DNA from: an uncultured Rikenella sp.
Lineage (GTDB): Bacteria > Bacteroidota > Bacteroidia > Bacteroidales > VadinHA17
Length of the DNA stretch: 64,000 nucleotides
Direction: 5' to 3'
NCBI GenBank assembly: GCA_964455705.1
Contig: CAYVYM010000001.1
Coordinates: forward strand, 63,483-127,482
Below are positions 9,713-20,312 of this stretch, piece by piece. Both the position numbers and the translations under genes were made by a program. Position 1 is the stretch's first letter. Every line of letters begins with the position of its first letter. The notes under the pieces are model-generated. The model ran no database searches. It saw only the letters and a program-made list of their open reading frames with translations, and was not told the DNA's origin.

Positions 9713-10894
9713 ATGAAAGCATCAGAAAAAGAATTAGTGGTGGGAAGACGGAATGCCCTGAAGATGATAGGCCTGGGTTCTGCAGCCATGCTTTCTGTGG
9801 GATTCAGGGATATTCAGGCCGTGGAACCCCTGGATATGAGACCCAAAACAAAGCCTTTCATGAAGGAGGGCAACAGTCCTGTAGCCTTTACCACAGGCAC
9901 CGACAGGCAACAAATGCTATTCGAAGTAATCAGGCCCTTTGAGAATGAGATCAGGGCCGGACTGAAAAAGAAGCAACTGGTAATCAAACCGAATATGGTT
10001 GTTACCAACAAAGAGCTTTGCGCAACTCATAAGGACGCATTGGGCGCTCTCCTTGAATATCTTAAACCTATTTACAAAGGTCAGGTCATTATTGCTGAAT
10101 CAAGCTCAAGCGTGAACTCCTCCGATGGCTTTAAAAACTACGGTTATACTGAGCTTGAAAAGAACTATAACGTAAAGTTTGTTGACCTTAATTCCACCGG
10201 ACCGGGTAAACCATATTATATAATAGACAGGAATCTTCATCTTGATAAAATTGAAGTTGCTGATATTTTCGCAAATCCTGATTATTATGTCATATCGATA
10301 TGCCGGCCCAAGACCCATAATTCGGTTGTGATGACCGGGGGTATCAAGAATATTATTCTGGCTGCTCCGCTCAATCCGGGTGCTGTTAACGGAGGCAGAC
10401 CGATAAGCTACAAACGGAATATGCACTCGGGCGGATCACGCTTTCTGCATTATAATATGTTCCTTCTGATGCAGAGTATCAGGCCTGACTTCACGATTAT
10501 AGACGGTGTTGAGGGTATGGAAGGAAATGGTCCGATCGCAGGCACACCGGTCGATCACAGGATTGCACTGGCCGGGTTTGACTCTGTTGCGGTCGATAGT
10601 ATGTGTGCACGACTCATGGGTATTCCACTCGAAAATATTGGCTATTTAAATTACTGTGACGCGGCCGGTATAGGAAATATGGACCGTGACAGGATAGATA
10701 TCATTGGAGACAGGGATCCGGACAAAAGTGTCATTGCATACCAGATGGGTTCAAATATCGACCGTCAGCTTGAATGGAAAGAGCCATTAAATCTGCCTGG
10801 ACAGGGTCAGCGGCCTTCACAACCCGCACCATCTGCTCCAACTGCACCGGCAGCCCCTGCACAGTCGGCAAACCCGACAGCACCACAGAAATGA
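9713..10894 (+). CDS. DUF362 domain protein with twin-arginine signal and Pro/Ala-rich C-terminal tail
   Basis: GRRNALK signal; VIKPN, RPKTH, GIKN, GMEGNGPIAG and DSVAVD motifs; paralog of the preceding gene. Confidence 0.85.
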   Translation: MKASEKELVVGRRNALKMIGLGSAAMLSVGFRDIQAVEPLDMRPKTKPFMKEGNSPVAFTTGTDRQQMLFEVIRPFENEIRAGLKKKQLVIKPNMVVTNKELCATHKDALGALLEYLKPIYKGQVIIAESSSSVNSSDGFKNYGYTELEKNYNVKFVDLNSTGPGKPYYIIDRNLHLDKIEVADIFANPDYYVISICRPKTHNSVVMTGGIKNIILAAPLNPGAVNGGRPISYKRNMHSGGSRFLHYNMFLLMQSIRPDFTIIDGVEGMEGNGPIAGTPVDHRIALAGFDSVAVDSMCARLMGIPLENIGYLNYCDAAGIGNMDRDRIDIIGDRDPDKSVIAYQMGSNIDRQLEWKEPLNLPGQGQRPSQPAPSAPTAPAAPAQSANPTAPQK

Positions 10895-10940
10895 TCATGA
10901 AAGATTAATGACATTTATTAAGAAAATCAATTAGATTATT

Positions 10941-12275
10941 GTGAACGAAATCAAGTTATTCCTCAGTACCCTGTTATCTTCGCACGACAAGGAGGGCAGT
11001 GCAGCTTCAATAATCCCGGAGGATAAAGAATATACTGACAGGGTTCTCAACACCCCATTATCCGGTGATCATTTCACTTTCCTGAAAAACAATATAAGGT
11101 ATGTGGGTGTCACCCGGAACTTCCGCGAGATCATTGATTATTTCAAGACCCCACCTGGTGAAACACCCGCGGGTTTCAAGATCCGGTATGTATTAAGTGA
11201 GAGGGATGTTTTGCGTGTTGATCTTGTCCGTAACATTTCATATGACAAAAACGGCATCAGGCGTCCGACAAAAGTATTATTCTCAGCAGACAGCGCAAAT
11301 CCGTATGAGATAGTTTCGGTCAGGAACATTATTTCAAATCTCACTTGTAATCCCGGTATAATCTATGACTTGTTTATCAATAACCCTGAAGCCAATGTGG
11401 GAAACAAGTTTAAGACGAGGGATGAGGTGATGCAGGAGATAGGAAATATACTTGGCCCCGGCTGTGATATCTCCGTTGAACTTAACAATCCGTTTAATGA
11501 TTCGGTCAGTGAACTGATCGAAGAGGCAGAAAGATTCAGGGAAATGCTCTCACCATACCGTGTTGTGATTAAAGTTCCGCATACCGGGCCGGTCAATAAA
11601 GACAATCTCAATGAGCTTCTTGACGGCGACAAAAAGTTCCGGAGGGCTTATGACGCGGGAACGACCAGCGATAAGTTCAGGGGACATAATCTGGCGCTCC
11701 TGTTGCGTGATCATGGCTTCCGCATTAATTTCACACTGATGTTTGAACCTTATCAGGCTGCCCTGGCGCTTCAGGCAAGACCTTATTTTATAAATTCATT
11801 CATCAGGCACCGTGGCTCTGCCAGTAAAACGATCAAAAATTATCTTAACGAGTTTAACAGGTCAAATGACGACAAGTTCCTTGAAGATCTGAAGACATTC
11901 TTTATTGACAAGGATTTTATCCCTCCGTCAGCCAATGGGCTGAGCCCTGGTGAAGTTAAAAAGACAGCCGAGAGGATACTTAAATACCGGAACTATGAAA
12001 ACCATGAGGGTCGTGATGATCTTGACAGCGTCCGTCACAACCTCAGAGTGCTCCGTTATGCCAATCTTCCTGACACCCGTTTGATCATCTGCAGTATGGA
12101 AGGGGAAGAGAATTATCCTGCCATTGATAAACTCCTTACAGAACCTGAGTTCATTGATATGGCAGACCGGGTTGTGGTAACAGCCGAGCCGGAATACCTT
12201 GCCAAATTCACCACCACTCCCCAGGTGATTTCATACCAGAGGAGATTCTTAAACGCGGCCAATGGGCAACAGTGA
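10941..12275 (+). CDS. Transaldolase/fructose-6-phosphate aldolase family protein, extended form
   Basis: FSADSAN, LTCNPGI, ISVE, VIKVP (Schiff-base Lys) and INFTLMF motifs; about 110 extra N-terminal residues; GTG start. Confidence 0.78.
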   Translation: MNEIKLFLSTLLSSHDKEGSAASIIPEDKEYTDRVLNTPLSGDHFTFLKNNIRYVGVTRNFREIIDYFKTPPGETPAGFKIRYVLSERDVLRVDLVRNISYDKNGIRRPTKVLFSADSANPYEIVSVRNIISNLTCNPGIIYDLFINNPEANVGNKFKTRDEVMQEIGNILGPGCDISVELNNPFNDSVSELIEEAERFREMLSPYRVVIKVPHTGPVNKDNLNELLDGDKKFRRAYDAGTTSDKFRGHNLALLLRDHGFRINFTLMFEPYQAALALQARPYFINSFIRHRGSASKTIKNYLNEFNRSNDDKFLEDLKTFFIDKDFIPPSANGLSPGEVKKTAERILKYRNYENHEGRDDLDSVRHNLRVLRYANLPDTRLIICSMEGEENYPAIDKLLTEPEFIDMADRVVVTAEPEYLAKFTTTPQVISYQRRFLNAANGQQ

Positions 12276-12313
12276 TATTCATGAGTTATAAAAATTAATC
12301 AATAAGCAGAACA

Positions 12314-13201
12314 ATGGAAAAAAAGCTGATGGGAGTTTTTGCGCCTATTACAACTCCGTTCGATGAAAAGGGAGAGGTGGCATACGATAAGCTCAGGGAA
12401 AACATGAATTTCTATGCGAAGTCCGGGCTGAAAGGATACCTGGCCCTGGGCTCCAACGGCGAGAATAAGAGCCTTAGCAACAGCGAAAAGGAGAAGGTCC
12501 TTGAAACAATAATCAAAAACAAGGGAAGTGAACAGGTTGTCATGGCCGGTTGCATTTTTGAATCAACCAAGGAGACCATAGAATTCGCGAAAATTGCACA
12601 GGGACTGGGTGCAGATTTTATAACTCTCCTGCCTCCCTCGTATTTCAAGAAGGAGATGACTGACCCTGTGCTTCTGAAGTACTTTACTGACGTGGCTGGC
12701 AGCCTTACAACCCCATGCCTGGTATATAATGCCCCTCAGTTCTGTGGGGGAACAACACTGTCAGTCAGCCTGGTAAAGGAGCTGGCAAAACACCCCAACA
12801 TAAAAGGTGTAAAAGATTCTTCTACCGGCAATATTGAAAGTTTCCTGCTCGCAGTGAGAGATACGTTTAATGTAATGCCCGGATCTGCCAATTTCTTTGT
12901 GAACGGACTCATTATGGGTGCACCCGGAGGGGTCATTTCCCTGGCCAATGTATTTCCGGAAATCACATGCAGACTGTATGAGCTGACAGTAAGCAAACAG
13001 TATGAAGAAGTCTTTAAGCTTAATGAAAAGGTAATTCAGCTGAACAAGGCCGTCTCAGGCACCGGAGGTGTTGCTGCAGTGAAATATGCAATGGACCTGG
13101 CCGGACTTTATGGCGGACTTCCGAGACTGCCGCTGCTACCTCTTGGAGAAGAGGTGAAGAAGAAAATCGAAGACTATCTTAAAAAAGAAAATCTGATATG
13201 A
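12314..13201 (+). CDS. Dihydrodipicolinate synthase (DapA/NAL) family aldolase
   Basis: APITTPF, LGSNGE, VYNAP, GVKDSS and PRLPLLPL motifs. GSNGE and the gene context suggest a keto-acid aldolase rather than true DapA. Confidence 0.9.
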   Translation: MEKKLMGVFAPITTPFDEKGEVAYDKLRENMNFYAKSGLKGYLALGSNGENKSLSNSEKEKVLETIIKNKGSEQVVMAGCIFESTKETIEFAKIAQGLGADFITLLPPSYFKKEMTDPVLLKYFTDVAGSLTTPCLVYNAPQFCGGTTLSVSLVKELAKHPNIKGVKDSSTGNIESFLLAVRDTFNVMPGSANFFVNGLIMGAPGGVISLANVFPEITCRLYELTVSKQYEEVFKLNEKVIQLNKAVSGTGGVAAVKYAMDLAGLYGGLPRLPLLPLGEEVKKKIEDYLKKENLI

Positions 13202-14163
13202 AAAAAGTACTTGTGAATGAGAAAGTAAGCCCTGATGCTCTCGATATTCTGAGAAAGGCATCGGAAGTCGTATATATACCATCAGGTGATCATGCCGAGA
13301 TTATCAGAATGCTTAATGATATTACAGGCATTATGCTTGATACTACAATTAAGTTCACTGGTGAGCTCATGGACTCCGCCCCGAATCTGAAGGTGATAAG
13401 CCGGACCGGGACAGGGGTGGATAATGTGGATGTTGAGGCTGCAACTCAAAGAGGAATAATGGTCTTGCATACTCCCGACGCCAATACGGTGACGGTTGCT
13501 GAACATACAGTATCAATGATCGGCGCACTGACCAAGCACTTATTGTTTCTTGATAAGGAAACAAGGGAGGGTAAGTTCAAAACGGCCAGACGCTATTATC
13601 TGCCCGTTGACCTCGATGGAAAAACACTGGGCATTATCGGGTATGGCAGGATCGGAAAGCAGGTTGCAAAGAAATGTATGGCTGCTTTCAATATGAAAGT
13701 GATCATATATGACCCGTATATCAGTGACGATGTTGTTGCCCCCGGAGTCATAAGGTACAGCAATGAGGAAGATGTTTATAAACAGGCAGACGTTCTCAGC
13801 ATACATGTGCCGCTCACTGACGAGACGAAAAAACACCTTGGAGAAAGACTTCTTTCACTGATGAAGCCATCAGCATACCTTATTAATACAGCAAGAGGAA
13901 GTATTATTGACGAAGCGTATGTCATTAAAATGTTAAATGAGGATAGGCTGAAGGGCGCTGCCTTTGACGTTCTCACCAATGAGCCTCCGATGGATAATGA
14001 GGAATTCCTCGATAATCCCAAAACAATAATCAGTCCCCATACGGCTGCGCTTACACATGAATGCACCATCAGGGTGGCATGCGAGGCCGCTGCAGGTATT
14101 GTTGATTACCTGGAAGGAAGAATGCCTAAATCCATTTTTAACAGAAAAGGACTGGGTTTGTAA
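13198..14163 (+). CDS. D-isomer-specific 2-hydroxyacid dehydrogenase
   Basis: SRTGTGVDNVD, GIIGYGRIG, LINTARG, FDVLTNEP and SPHTA motifs. Confidence 0.92.
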   Translation: MKKVLVNEKVSPDALDILRKASEVVYIPSGDHAEIIRMLNDITGIMLDTTIKFTGELMDSAPNLKVISRTGTGVDNVDVEAATQRGIMVLHTPDANTVTVAEHTVSMIGALTKHLLFLDKETREGKFKTARRYYLPVDLDGKTLGIIGYGRIGKQVAKKCMAAFNMKVIIYDPYISDDVVAPGVIRYSNEEDVYKQADVLSIHVPLTDETKKHLGERLLSLMKPSAYLINTARGSIIDEAYVIKMLNEDRLKGAAFDVLTNEPPMDNEEFLDNPKTIISPHTAALTHECTIRVACEAAAGIVDYLEGRMPKSIFNRKGLGL

Positions 14164-14182
14164 ACAAATTAGCTGAACGATA

Positions 14183-15241
14183 ATGAGCACAGATAAAAAA
14201 TACGACTTGATAGGCTTCGGTGAAGCGATGATAAGGTTCACCGCGCCTGACCACGCCAGGCTTGAACAATGCACCCATCTGCACATTGCCATTGCAGCTG
14301 CCGAGTTGAATGTGACCGTAAACTCTTCAAGACTCGGACTTAAAAGCGCCTGGGTATCAAAGCTTGTTGATATATGGTCAGGTCAGTATATCATTAATAA
14401 AGGCAGGGAGCACGGAGTTGACATGTCAAACGTGATACTGCTGCCTTTTGACGGGAAGGGAACCGTAAGGAACGGTCTGTGCTATCTTGAGGTTGGCATA
14501 GGACCCAGGGCCAGCAAACAGATGTATGACAGGGCTCATTCAGCTATCAGCCTTATTAAACCTGGCGACATCGACTGGGAAAAGAGACTCTCTGAGACGA
14601 AATGGTTCCACACCACAGGTATCACTACGGCCATATCTGACAATGCAGCCGCTGAAGCAATTGCATCGCTCAAAGCCGCCAAAAAGCTGGGTGTAACCAC
14701 AAGCTTCGACCTGAACTTCAGATCAACATTATGGAGTTCCGAAAAAGCCATTAAGGTTATGAAGGAGGTTATGCCTTATGTTGATGTTATTATAGGTAAT
14801 GAGGAGGATTTTGAAAAAATGCTGGGAATAAAGGCTGAAGGCGGAACTGAAAGCTATGCTGACCTTGATCCTGAAAGCTATGAGACAGTGGCCCGGCAGG
14901 TCGTCAGGCAGTTTCCCAATGTACAGGTTGTGGGGACAACTCTGAGACATGTAAAGACTGCTCTTCTTAATGACTGGCAGACAGTAATGCTTTTTAAAAA
15001 CAAATTCTATACATCAAGAAAGTACGAGAATCTTGAGATCCTTGACCGGACCGGTGGAGGTGACAGCTTTGCATCAGCATTGATCTGTTGCATGCTTGAA
15101 GGAAAAGATCCACAGGAAACGATTGAGTTCTCGGCAGCTTATTCAGCTCTCTGTCACGGTTTTATGGGTGACTGGAACTGGGCTACAAGAGCTGAGGCAG
15201 AGAGGGTAATGAAAGGCGGAAGTGCAAGAGTGATCCGCTGA
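14183..15241 (+). CDS. kdgK: PfkB family sugar kinase, 2-keto-3-deoxygluconate kinase-like
   Basis: FGEAMIR, YDRAHSA, WFHTTGIT, SFDLNFRSTLWS, IGNEED and DRTGGGDSF motifs. Confidence 0.82.
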   Translation: MSTDKKYDLIGFGEAMIRFTAPDHARLEQCTHLHIAIAAAELNVTVNSSRLGLKSAWVSKLVDIWSGQYIINKGREHGVDMSNVILLPFDGKGTVRNGLCYLEVGIGPRASKQMYDRAHSAISLIKPGDIDWEKRLSETKWFHTTGITTAISDNAAAEAIASLKAAKKLGVTTSFDLNFRSTLWSSEKAIKVMKEVMPYVDVIIGNEEDFEKMLGIKAEGGTESYADLDPESYETVARQVVRQFPNVQVVGTTLRHVKTALLNDWQTVMLFKNKFYTSRKYENLEILDRTGGGDSFASALICCMLEGKDPQETIEFSAAYSALCHGFMGDWNWATRAEAERVMKGGSARVIR

Positions 15242-15370
15242 AAGGATAGTTACCCGGGGATGGTTTAAAAATATTTAAATGGTATTGACAAATGAATATT
15301 TATTTACTATCTTGCGTAATAGATTAAGTGTATTATTTACACCTATTTACTAACCTAACCCACAAAAATC

Positions 15371-18300
15371 ATGAGAAAATTCACAACTCTGCTTGTACTC
15401 CTGTTTTTCGCAGGTTTGCAGGTAGCAATTGCTCAACGGACAATTACCGGTAGAGTAACCAAAACCACTGACGGCACCTCGCTTCCGGGGGTTGTTGTCG
15501 CGGTTAAAGGGACTACTTCCGGGGCTCTAACTGATGCTGACGGCCGGTTTTCCGTCACGGTGCAGAACAATCAGGCTGTGTTACAGTTCTCCTTTATCGG
15601 GTTTAATACAAAGGAAATACCGGTTGGTACTCAAACCATAATTGAGGTTTCCCTTGATGAAACAACGGTAGAGATGGGAGAAATTGTTGTAACAGCCCTT
15701 GGTATTAAACGGGAATCCAAAAAAATCGGGTACTCCGTAACATCTGTTGAAACGGCAGATCTGACGACAAACAAGACTATCAACATGATGGAGTCGCTTA
15801 CAGGGAAGATTGCAGGTCTGAATATTACACCTCCGGCTGCCGGTGCAGGCGCCAGTACGCAAATACGTTTGCGCGGACAGGTTGCATTCGCAGGGGCTAA
15901 CAACGCTCCGTTGCTTGTAATTAACGGCCTTCCGATGGACCAGAATGCACAAAGTGCAAATGGTTATGGAGCATCACGCGACCTTGGGGATGCCATGACC
16001 AATATTAACCCGGAAGACATTGAGAACATGACTGTACTGAAAGGTGCAACTGCCGCTGCAATTTATGGTTCACGTGCAGCCAACGGTGCAATACTCATTA
16101 CTACTAAATCCGGCCGGAGAAGTCAGGGTATCGGTATTGAATTTTCTTCCAGCGTGACTGTACAGGAGGTTTTGGACTTCTTTGAGTTTCAGGATGTATA
16201 CGGACTGGGTGTTGCCGGACAGAAACCGGTCAGTGCGGCTAATGCCGCCGGCAATGGCCAGTTTGGCTGGGGCGCAAAGTACGATGGCGAGCTTGTCCCT
16301 GCTTTTGACGGATCAATGATACCTTACGAATTTCAGAAAAACAGGCTGAAGGATTATTTTAACACCGGGACAGTTTTGGCTAATACTGTCGCTTTTTCAG
16401 GCGGTAATCAAAAAGGAAGCTTCAGGGCATCTTATGCCAGAACCGACACAAAAGGCATTGAACCGACAAATGAATACATAAGGAACATTGCCAATCTGGG
16501 TGTCACTTATGACATTACTGAAAAAGTCAATTTTTCAATGAACGTTAACTATAACAATGAGAATTTCATAAACCCGCCGCAAATCGGAACACAGGGCGAA
16601 GGTTCAATGAACTTCCTGACCCGGGTTTCTCTATCCATTCCTTTGGACATCATTGAAGCTTCTGCAATAAATCCTGCAACAGGAACTGAAATGCCGGTTG
16701 CCGGTTGGACTACAATCAACAATCCCTACTATACCCAGCAGGTGGGTCAAAGTTATATCAGGGAAAGAGACCGTTTTCTGGGGACAGCTACCGTAAGATA
16801 TGATATCACTGACTGGCTGTATGCCCAGGGAAGGTTTAACTACGATTTTCTGGTTGGATTTAACGAATCCAAGAGACCTGGCGGGATAGGAACCAGTCAG
16901 CCAAAGGAAAGTGATGGTACCTGGAAAGGAACCTACAGTGTATTTGAAGCCAATGAATCTAACGTAAATGCTGATTTCCTCGTAGGTGCAAACAAAGAGT
17001 TCGGAAAGTTTTCTGTTGACGCAAGTTTTGGCGGAAATACCTTCAGAAACGAATATAAAAGGTTTGACATAACCGCCACACATTTTACTGTCAGAGACTT
17101 ATACTCCATATCAAACGGTGTTACTAAAACACAGGATTTTGATTATAGACAAAGCCGGGTAAATTCACTTTACGGACTGGCTGAGTTTGGCTATAACTCG
17201 ATGTTTTTCCTCAATTTTACGGGTAGACAAGACTGGTTTTCCGTATTAAATCCGGCAAGCAATTCCAAGTTTTATCCGTCTGTGTCCGGTAGTTTCCTGT
17301 TCTCACAATTGTTAACGAACCAGAGTTGGCTTTCATACGGTAAGCTCAGAGGTTCCTGGGCTCAGGTAGGTAGCGCCAATGGTGTAAACATTTATGAGGG
17401 GAACCTGACTTATAATATAGCCAATAATCAGTTCAATGGTCAGACACTGGCAACTATAGCGGGCACAGGTGCACCTAATCCGAACCTGCAACCATTTACT
17501 GTAACTGAAAAAGAAATAGGTTTGGAGTTGAGGTTATTCAATAACAGGCTGATTTTTGATGTAGCAGCCTTTGACAAGGTGACAACTGACCAGGTATTAA
17601 ATGTTCAGCTTTCCAATGCATCAGGGTATAGTACTTCCAAGAAAAATCTAGGCTCATTAAAGAACCAGGGTATAGAATTTATGATAGAGTATACACCAAT
17701 AGAAACCAGTAATTTCAGATGGACAACTTCCTGGAACAATACCTATCTGAAAACAGAAGTACTTTCTGTTGGCGTAGACCCTGACGGAACGCCAATTGAT
17801 GATTTGCTTGTAATTAACTTTAATGGTACCGGCATGGAGTTTCTTGGAGAATTACATTACACGGTAGGAATGCCAATGAACCAGCTGTATACAAGAACAT
17901 ACCTGAGGAATGATAATGGGGACATTCTTGTCAGGGACAACGGCAGATTGCTGGGAACGCCCGATGTGATTCCTGTAGGAAGTTCTATACCAAAACATAC
18001 CGGCGGATGGAGCAACACTTTTGCCTACAAAAATCTTACCTTCGGCGTGTTCTTTGACTACAAGCTTGGAGGTACAGTGCTGTCATCCACATTGATAAAC
18101 ATGACAAGGCAGGGACATTCAATGCTTTCACTCGAGGGTCGTAGAGAAGGAGAAAACGGCCTGATATTTCCCGGTGTTTATCAGTCAAGCGGACTCCCTA
18201 ACACCACCGCGGTTACCGACCTGCAAGGGTTTTATGGAGATTACAGAAATCTTCAGATCGGGGATCCTTTCACATTTAAGTCTGATTTCCTTAAGTTGAG

Positions 18301-18535
18301 AAGCATATCCATGTCATACGATCTCACCAATGTATTCAGGAGATCGAGCTCACTTAACTTCGTCAAGGGGCTAATACTCACAGCTTCCTGTCGAAATGTG
18401 TTGATTTTATATAAAGATCTTCCCAATCTTGATCCCGAAGCCGTTCAGTCTTCAGGAGACACAAGGGCTGGTTATGAAAACTCATCATTACCAACAACCC
18501 GAAATTATATGTTTAGTCTAAATGTAAAATTCTAA
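15371..18535 (+). CDS. susC: SusC/RagA family TonB-dependent outer membrane transporter
   Basis: Signal peptide, carboxypeptidase-regulatory-like N-domain, plug motif INPEDIENMTVLKGATAAAIYGSRAANGAILITTK, C-terminal Phe. Confidence 0.96.
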   Translation: MRKFTTLLVLLFFAGLQVAIAQRTITGRVTKTTDGTSLPGVVVAVKGTTSGALTDADGRFSVTVQNNQAVLQFSFIGFNTKEIPVGTQTIIEVSLDETTVEMGEIVVTALGIKRESKKIGYSVTSVETADLTTNKTINMMESLTGKIAGLNITPPAAGAGASTQIRLRGQVAFAGANNAPLLVINGLPMDQNAQSANGYGASRDLGDAMTNINPEDIENMTVLKGATAAAIYGSRAANGAILITTKSGRRSQGIGIEFSSSVTVQEVLDFFEFQDVYGLGVAGQKPVSAANAAGNGQFGWGAKYDGELVPAFDGSMIPYEFQKNRLKDYFNTGTVLANTVAFSGGNQKGSFRASYARTDTKGIEPTNEYIRNIANLGVTYDITEKVNFSMNVNYNNENFINPPQIGTQGEGSMNFLTRVSLSIPLDIIEASAINPATGTEMPVAGWTTINNPYYTQQVGQSYIRERDRFLGTATVRYDITDWLYAQGRFNYDFLVGFNESKRPGGIGTSQPKESDGTWKGTYSVFEANESNVNADFLVGANKEFGKFSVDASFGGNTFRNEYKRFDITATHFTVRDLYSISNGVTKTQDFDYRQSRVNSLYGLAEFGYNSMFFLNFTGRQDWFSVLNPASNSKFYPSVSGSFLFSQLLTNQSWLSYGKLRGSWAQVGSANGVNIYEGNLTYNIANNQFNGQTLATIAGTGAPNPNLQPFTVTEKEIGLELRLFNNRLIFDVAAFDKVTTDQVLNVQLSNASGYSTSKKNLGSLKNQGIEFMIEYTPIETSNFRWTTSWNNTYLKTEVLSVGVDPDGTPIDDLLVINFNGTGMEFLGELHYTVGMPMNQLYTRTYLRNDNGDILVRDNGRLLGTPDVIPVGSSIPKHTGGWSNTFAYKNLTFGVFFDYKLGGTVLSSTLINMTRQGHSMLSLEGRREGENGLIFPGVYQSSGLPNTTAVTDLQGFYGDYRNLQIGDPFTFKSDFLKLRSISMSYDLTNVFRRSSSLNFVKGLILTASCRNVLILYKDLPNLDPEAVQSSGDTRAGYENSSLPTTRNYMFSLNVKF

Positions 18536-18540
18536 GGGTC

Positions 18541-20136
18541 ATGAAAAAGATGAAGCAATTTATATTGTTTAGTGCAATCCTGATATTAATTGGGGGATGC
18601 GATAAGAATTTTGTGGAAATAAACACAGATCCATTTGCTATAAATGAAATTGACCCGGGTCTTCTGTTTGCAGGAGCACAAGGTGGAAATATGGGTGGCT
18701 GGGAATCAGAACATACTATTGTTCAGCATTTTGTAAATCCCTTTAACGATGGAGCCACATTGGCTTTCAATTTCAATTATAACATAGACAACTTCCAGAA
18801 TACACCCTGGGGAGAATATACGGGTTCAATCAAAGGCCTTGTTCAAATTTTAAATCTTTTGGAAGGAACCACTGATCAGATTAACTTAAAGAGTATGGCT
18901 CGCATAACAAAAGCCTATTTCTTTATGGACATGGTTGACCATTACGGCGATGTACCTTACTTCAATGCCGGGCTGGCTGCTATTGGTGGCGAGGAATATT
19001 TCTACCCTGTTTATGATGATGATGCAGCCATCTATGATGATCTCTACAATGAGATTAAAGAAGCACTGGCTGCTTTGAATCCAGGTGGTGATTTCGTCTC
19101 TGCAGACCTTATTTACGGGACTCATGGTTATTATCCTACAAGTGCTGCAGCAGCTCAGGTTGAAAAATGGAAAAAACTTGGTAATTCGCTTTTGCTGAGG
19201 TTGGGTATGCGATATTCCAAACTTAATCCTACAAAAGCTGCATCAATTGTGGCTGAAGCGTTCAGCGGGGGAGTGATGACATCAAATGCCGACAATGCGT
19301 TCTTAACTTATGATGGCTCACTATATATAAATAACGCTAACAACGGTCTGATAAACAATCAGCCGAAGTTCTATTATGCGGCAGAACCTTTTGTAGATCA
19401 TCTGAAAGCCACCAATGATCCGCGCAGTAAGTTTATGATTGCTATGTTTGATGATCCGGGTGATCCATTAGGTACTGCTGTCCCAGGTGTCGATCTGGCA
19501 GATCAGTTCGGTGTTCCGGTTGGGGTTACCAGGATAGACCTTGCCGATCCTCCTTACAGAGGGGTTAAAGGACAGGGCTATGATTATTCGCAGATGAATG
19601 TGAATGTGATGGCATCAGTACGCGCCCCCACTTTCTGGGTTACGTATGCACAGACTTCCCTGCTGCTCGCAGAAGCAGCAAAAAGAGGCTGGATATCCGG
19701 AGGCGAAACTGCTGCCCAGCAGAATTATGAAAATGCAATCAGAGCGGATATGGATGTTATGTCATTGTATATATCTGAGACCGGATCCGGTTATGATCCT
19801 GTATCTGTAGCTGAACAGGATGCCTATATTGCTCAACCCGGAGTGGCATATGATGCTGCCAACGGTCTTGAACTGATTAACACACAGTACTGGGTTGTGT
19901 GTCTCAGGAATGGTTCGGAAGCCTGGGCCAACTTCAGAAGGAGCGGGTTCCCTGCTTTGAATCGTAATGATTACGATGACCAGCTTCTGGAAAATGGCGG
20001 TGACGGATATGTTCACAGATTTTCTTATCCTGATGCTGAACTGGCACGGAATAAAGCGAACCAACAGGCTGCAGTTGCAGCTCTTGATGGTGGCCTTGAT
20101 GATCTGGTAAACAGAATTTTTTGGGACATACCCTGA
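18541..20136 (+). CDS. susD: SusD/RagB family lipoprotein
   Basis: Lipobox IGGC; VDHYGDVPYF and EAWANFRRSGFP motifs, ends IFWD; directly follows susC. Confidence 0.93.
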   Translation: MKKMKQFILFSAILILIGGCDKNFVEINTDPFAINEIDPGLLFAGAQGGNMGGWESEHTIVQHFVNPFNDGATLAFNFNYNIDNFQNTPWGEYTGSIKGLVQILNLLEGTTDQINLKSMARITKAYFFMDMVDHYGDVPYFNAGLAAIGGEEYFYPVYDDDAAIYDDLYNEIKEALAALNPGGDFVSADLIYGTHGYYPTSAAAAQVEKWKKLGNSLLLRLGMRYSKLNPTKAASIVAEAFSGGVMTSNADNAFLTYDGSLYINNANNGLINNQPKFYYAAEPFVDHLKATNDPRSKFMIAMFDDPGDPLGTAVPGVDLADQFGVPVGVTRIDLADPPYRGVKGQGYDYSQMNVNVMASVRAPTFWVTYAQTSLLLAEAAKRGWISGGETAAQQNYENAIRADMDVMSLYISETGSGYDPVSVAEQDAYIAQPGVAYDAANGLELINTQYWVVCLRNGSEAWANFRRSGFPALNRNDYDDQLLENGGDGYVHRFSYPDAELARNKANQQAAVAALDGGLDDLVNRIFWDIP

Positions 20137-20205
20137 TCTGATGGTTCTAACCGGAAGTAAGAATGTTGAGTTTACTTCTGCACCGGACGGTTTAAACTAA
20201 TAAAC

Positions 20206-20236
20206 AGAGGGTGTCTCAAAAGGGCACCCTCTTTTT
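20206..20236 (+). terminator. Rho-independent terminator after susD
   Basis: AGAGGGTGTC...GGCACCCTCT stem followed by a T-run. Confidence 0.8.
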
Positions 20237-20312
20237 GCCATATTTTCTGACTTGATAATATGTAGGTATTCAGATATTTAATATCATATTTATTTCCAAA
20301 TATCAGTGCAAT

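Noticed and set aside
12314-14163. Housekeeping dapA and serA
   Set aside because: Family motifs are present, but the catabolic context, the GSNGE motif and the lack of a SerA regulatory domain argue against biosynthetic roles.
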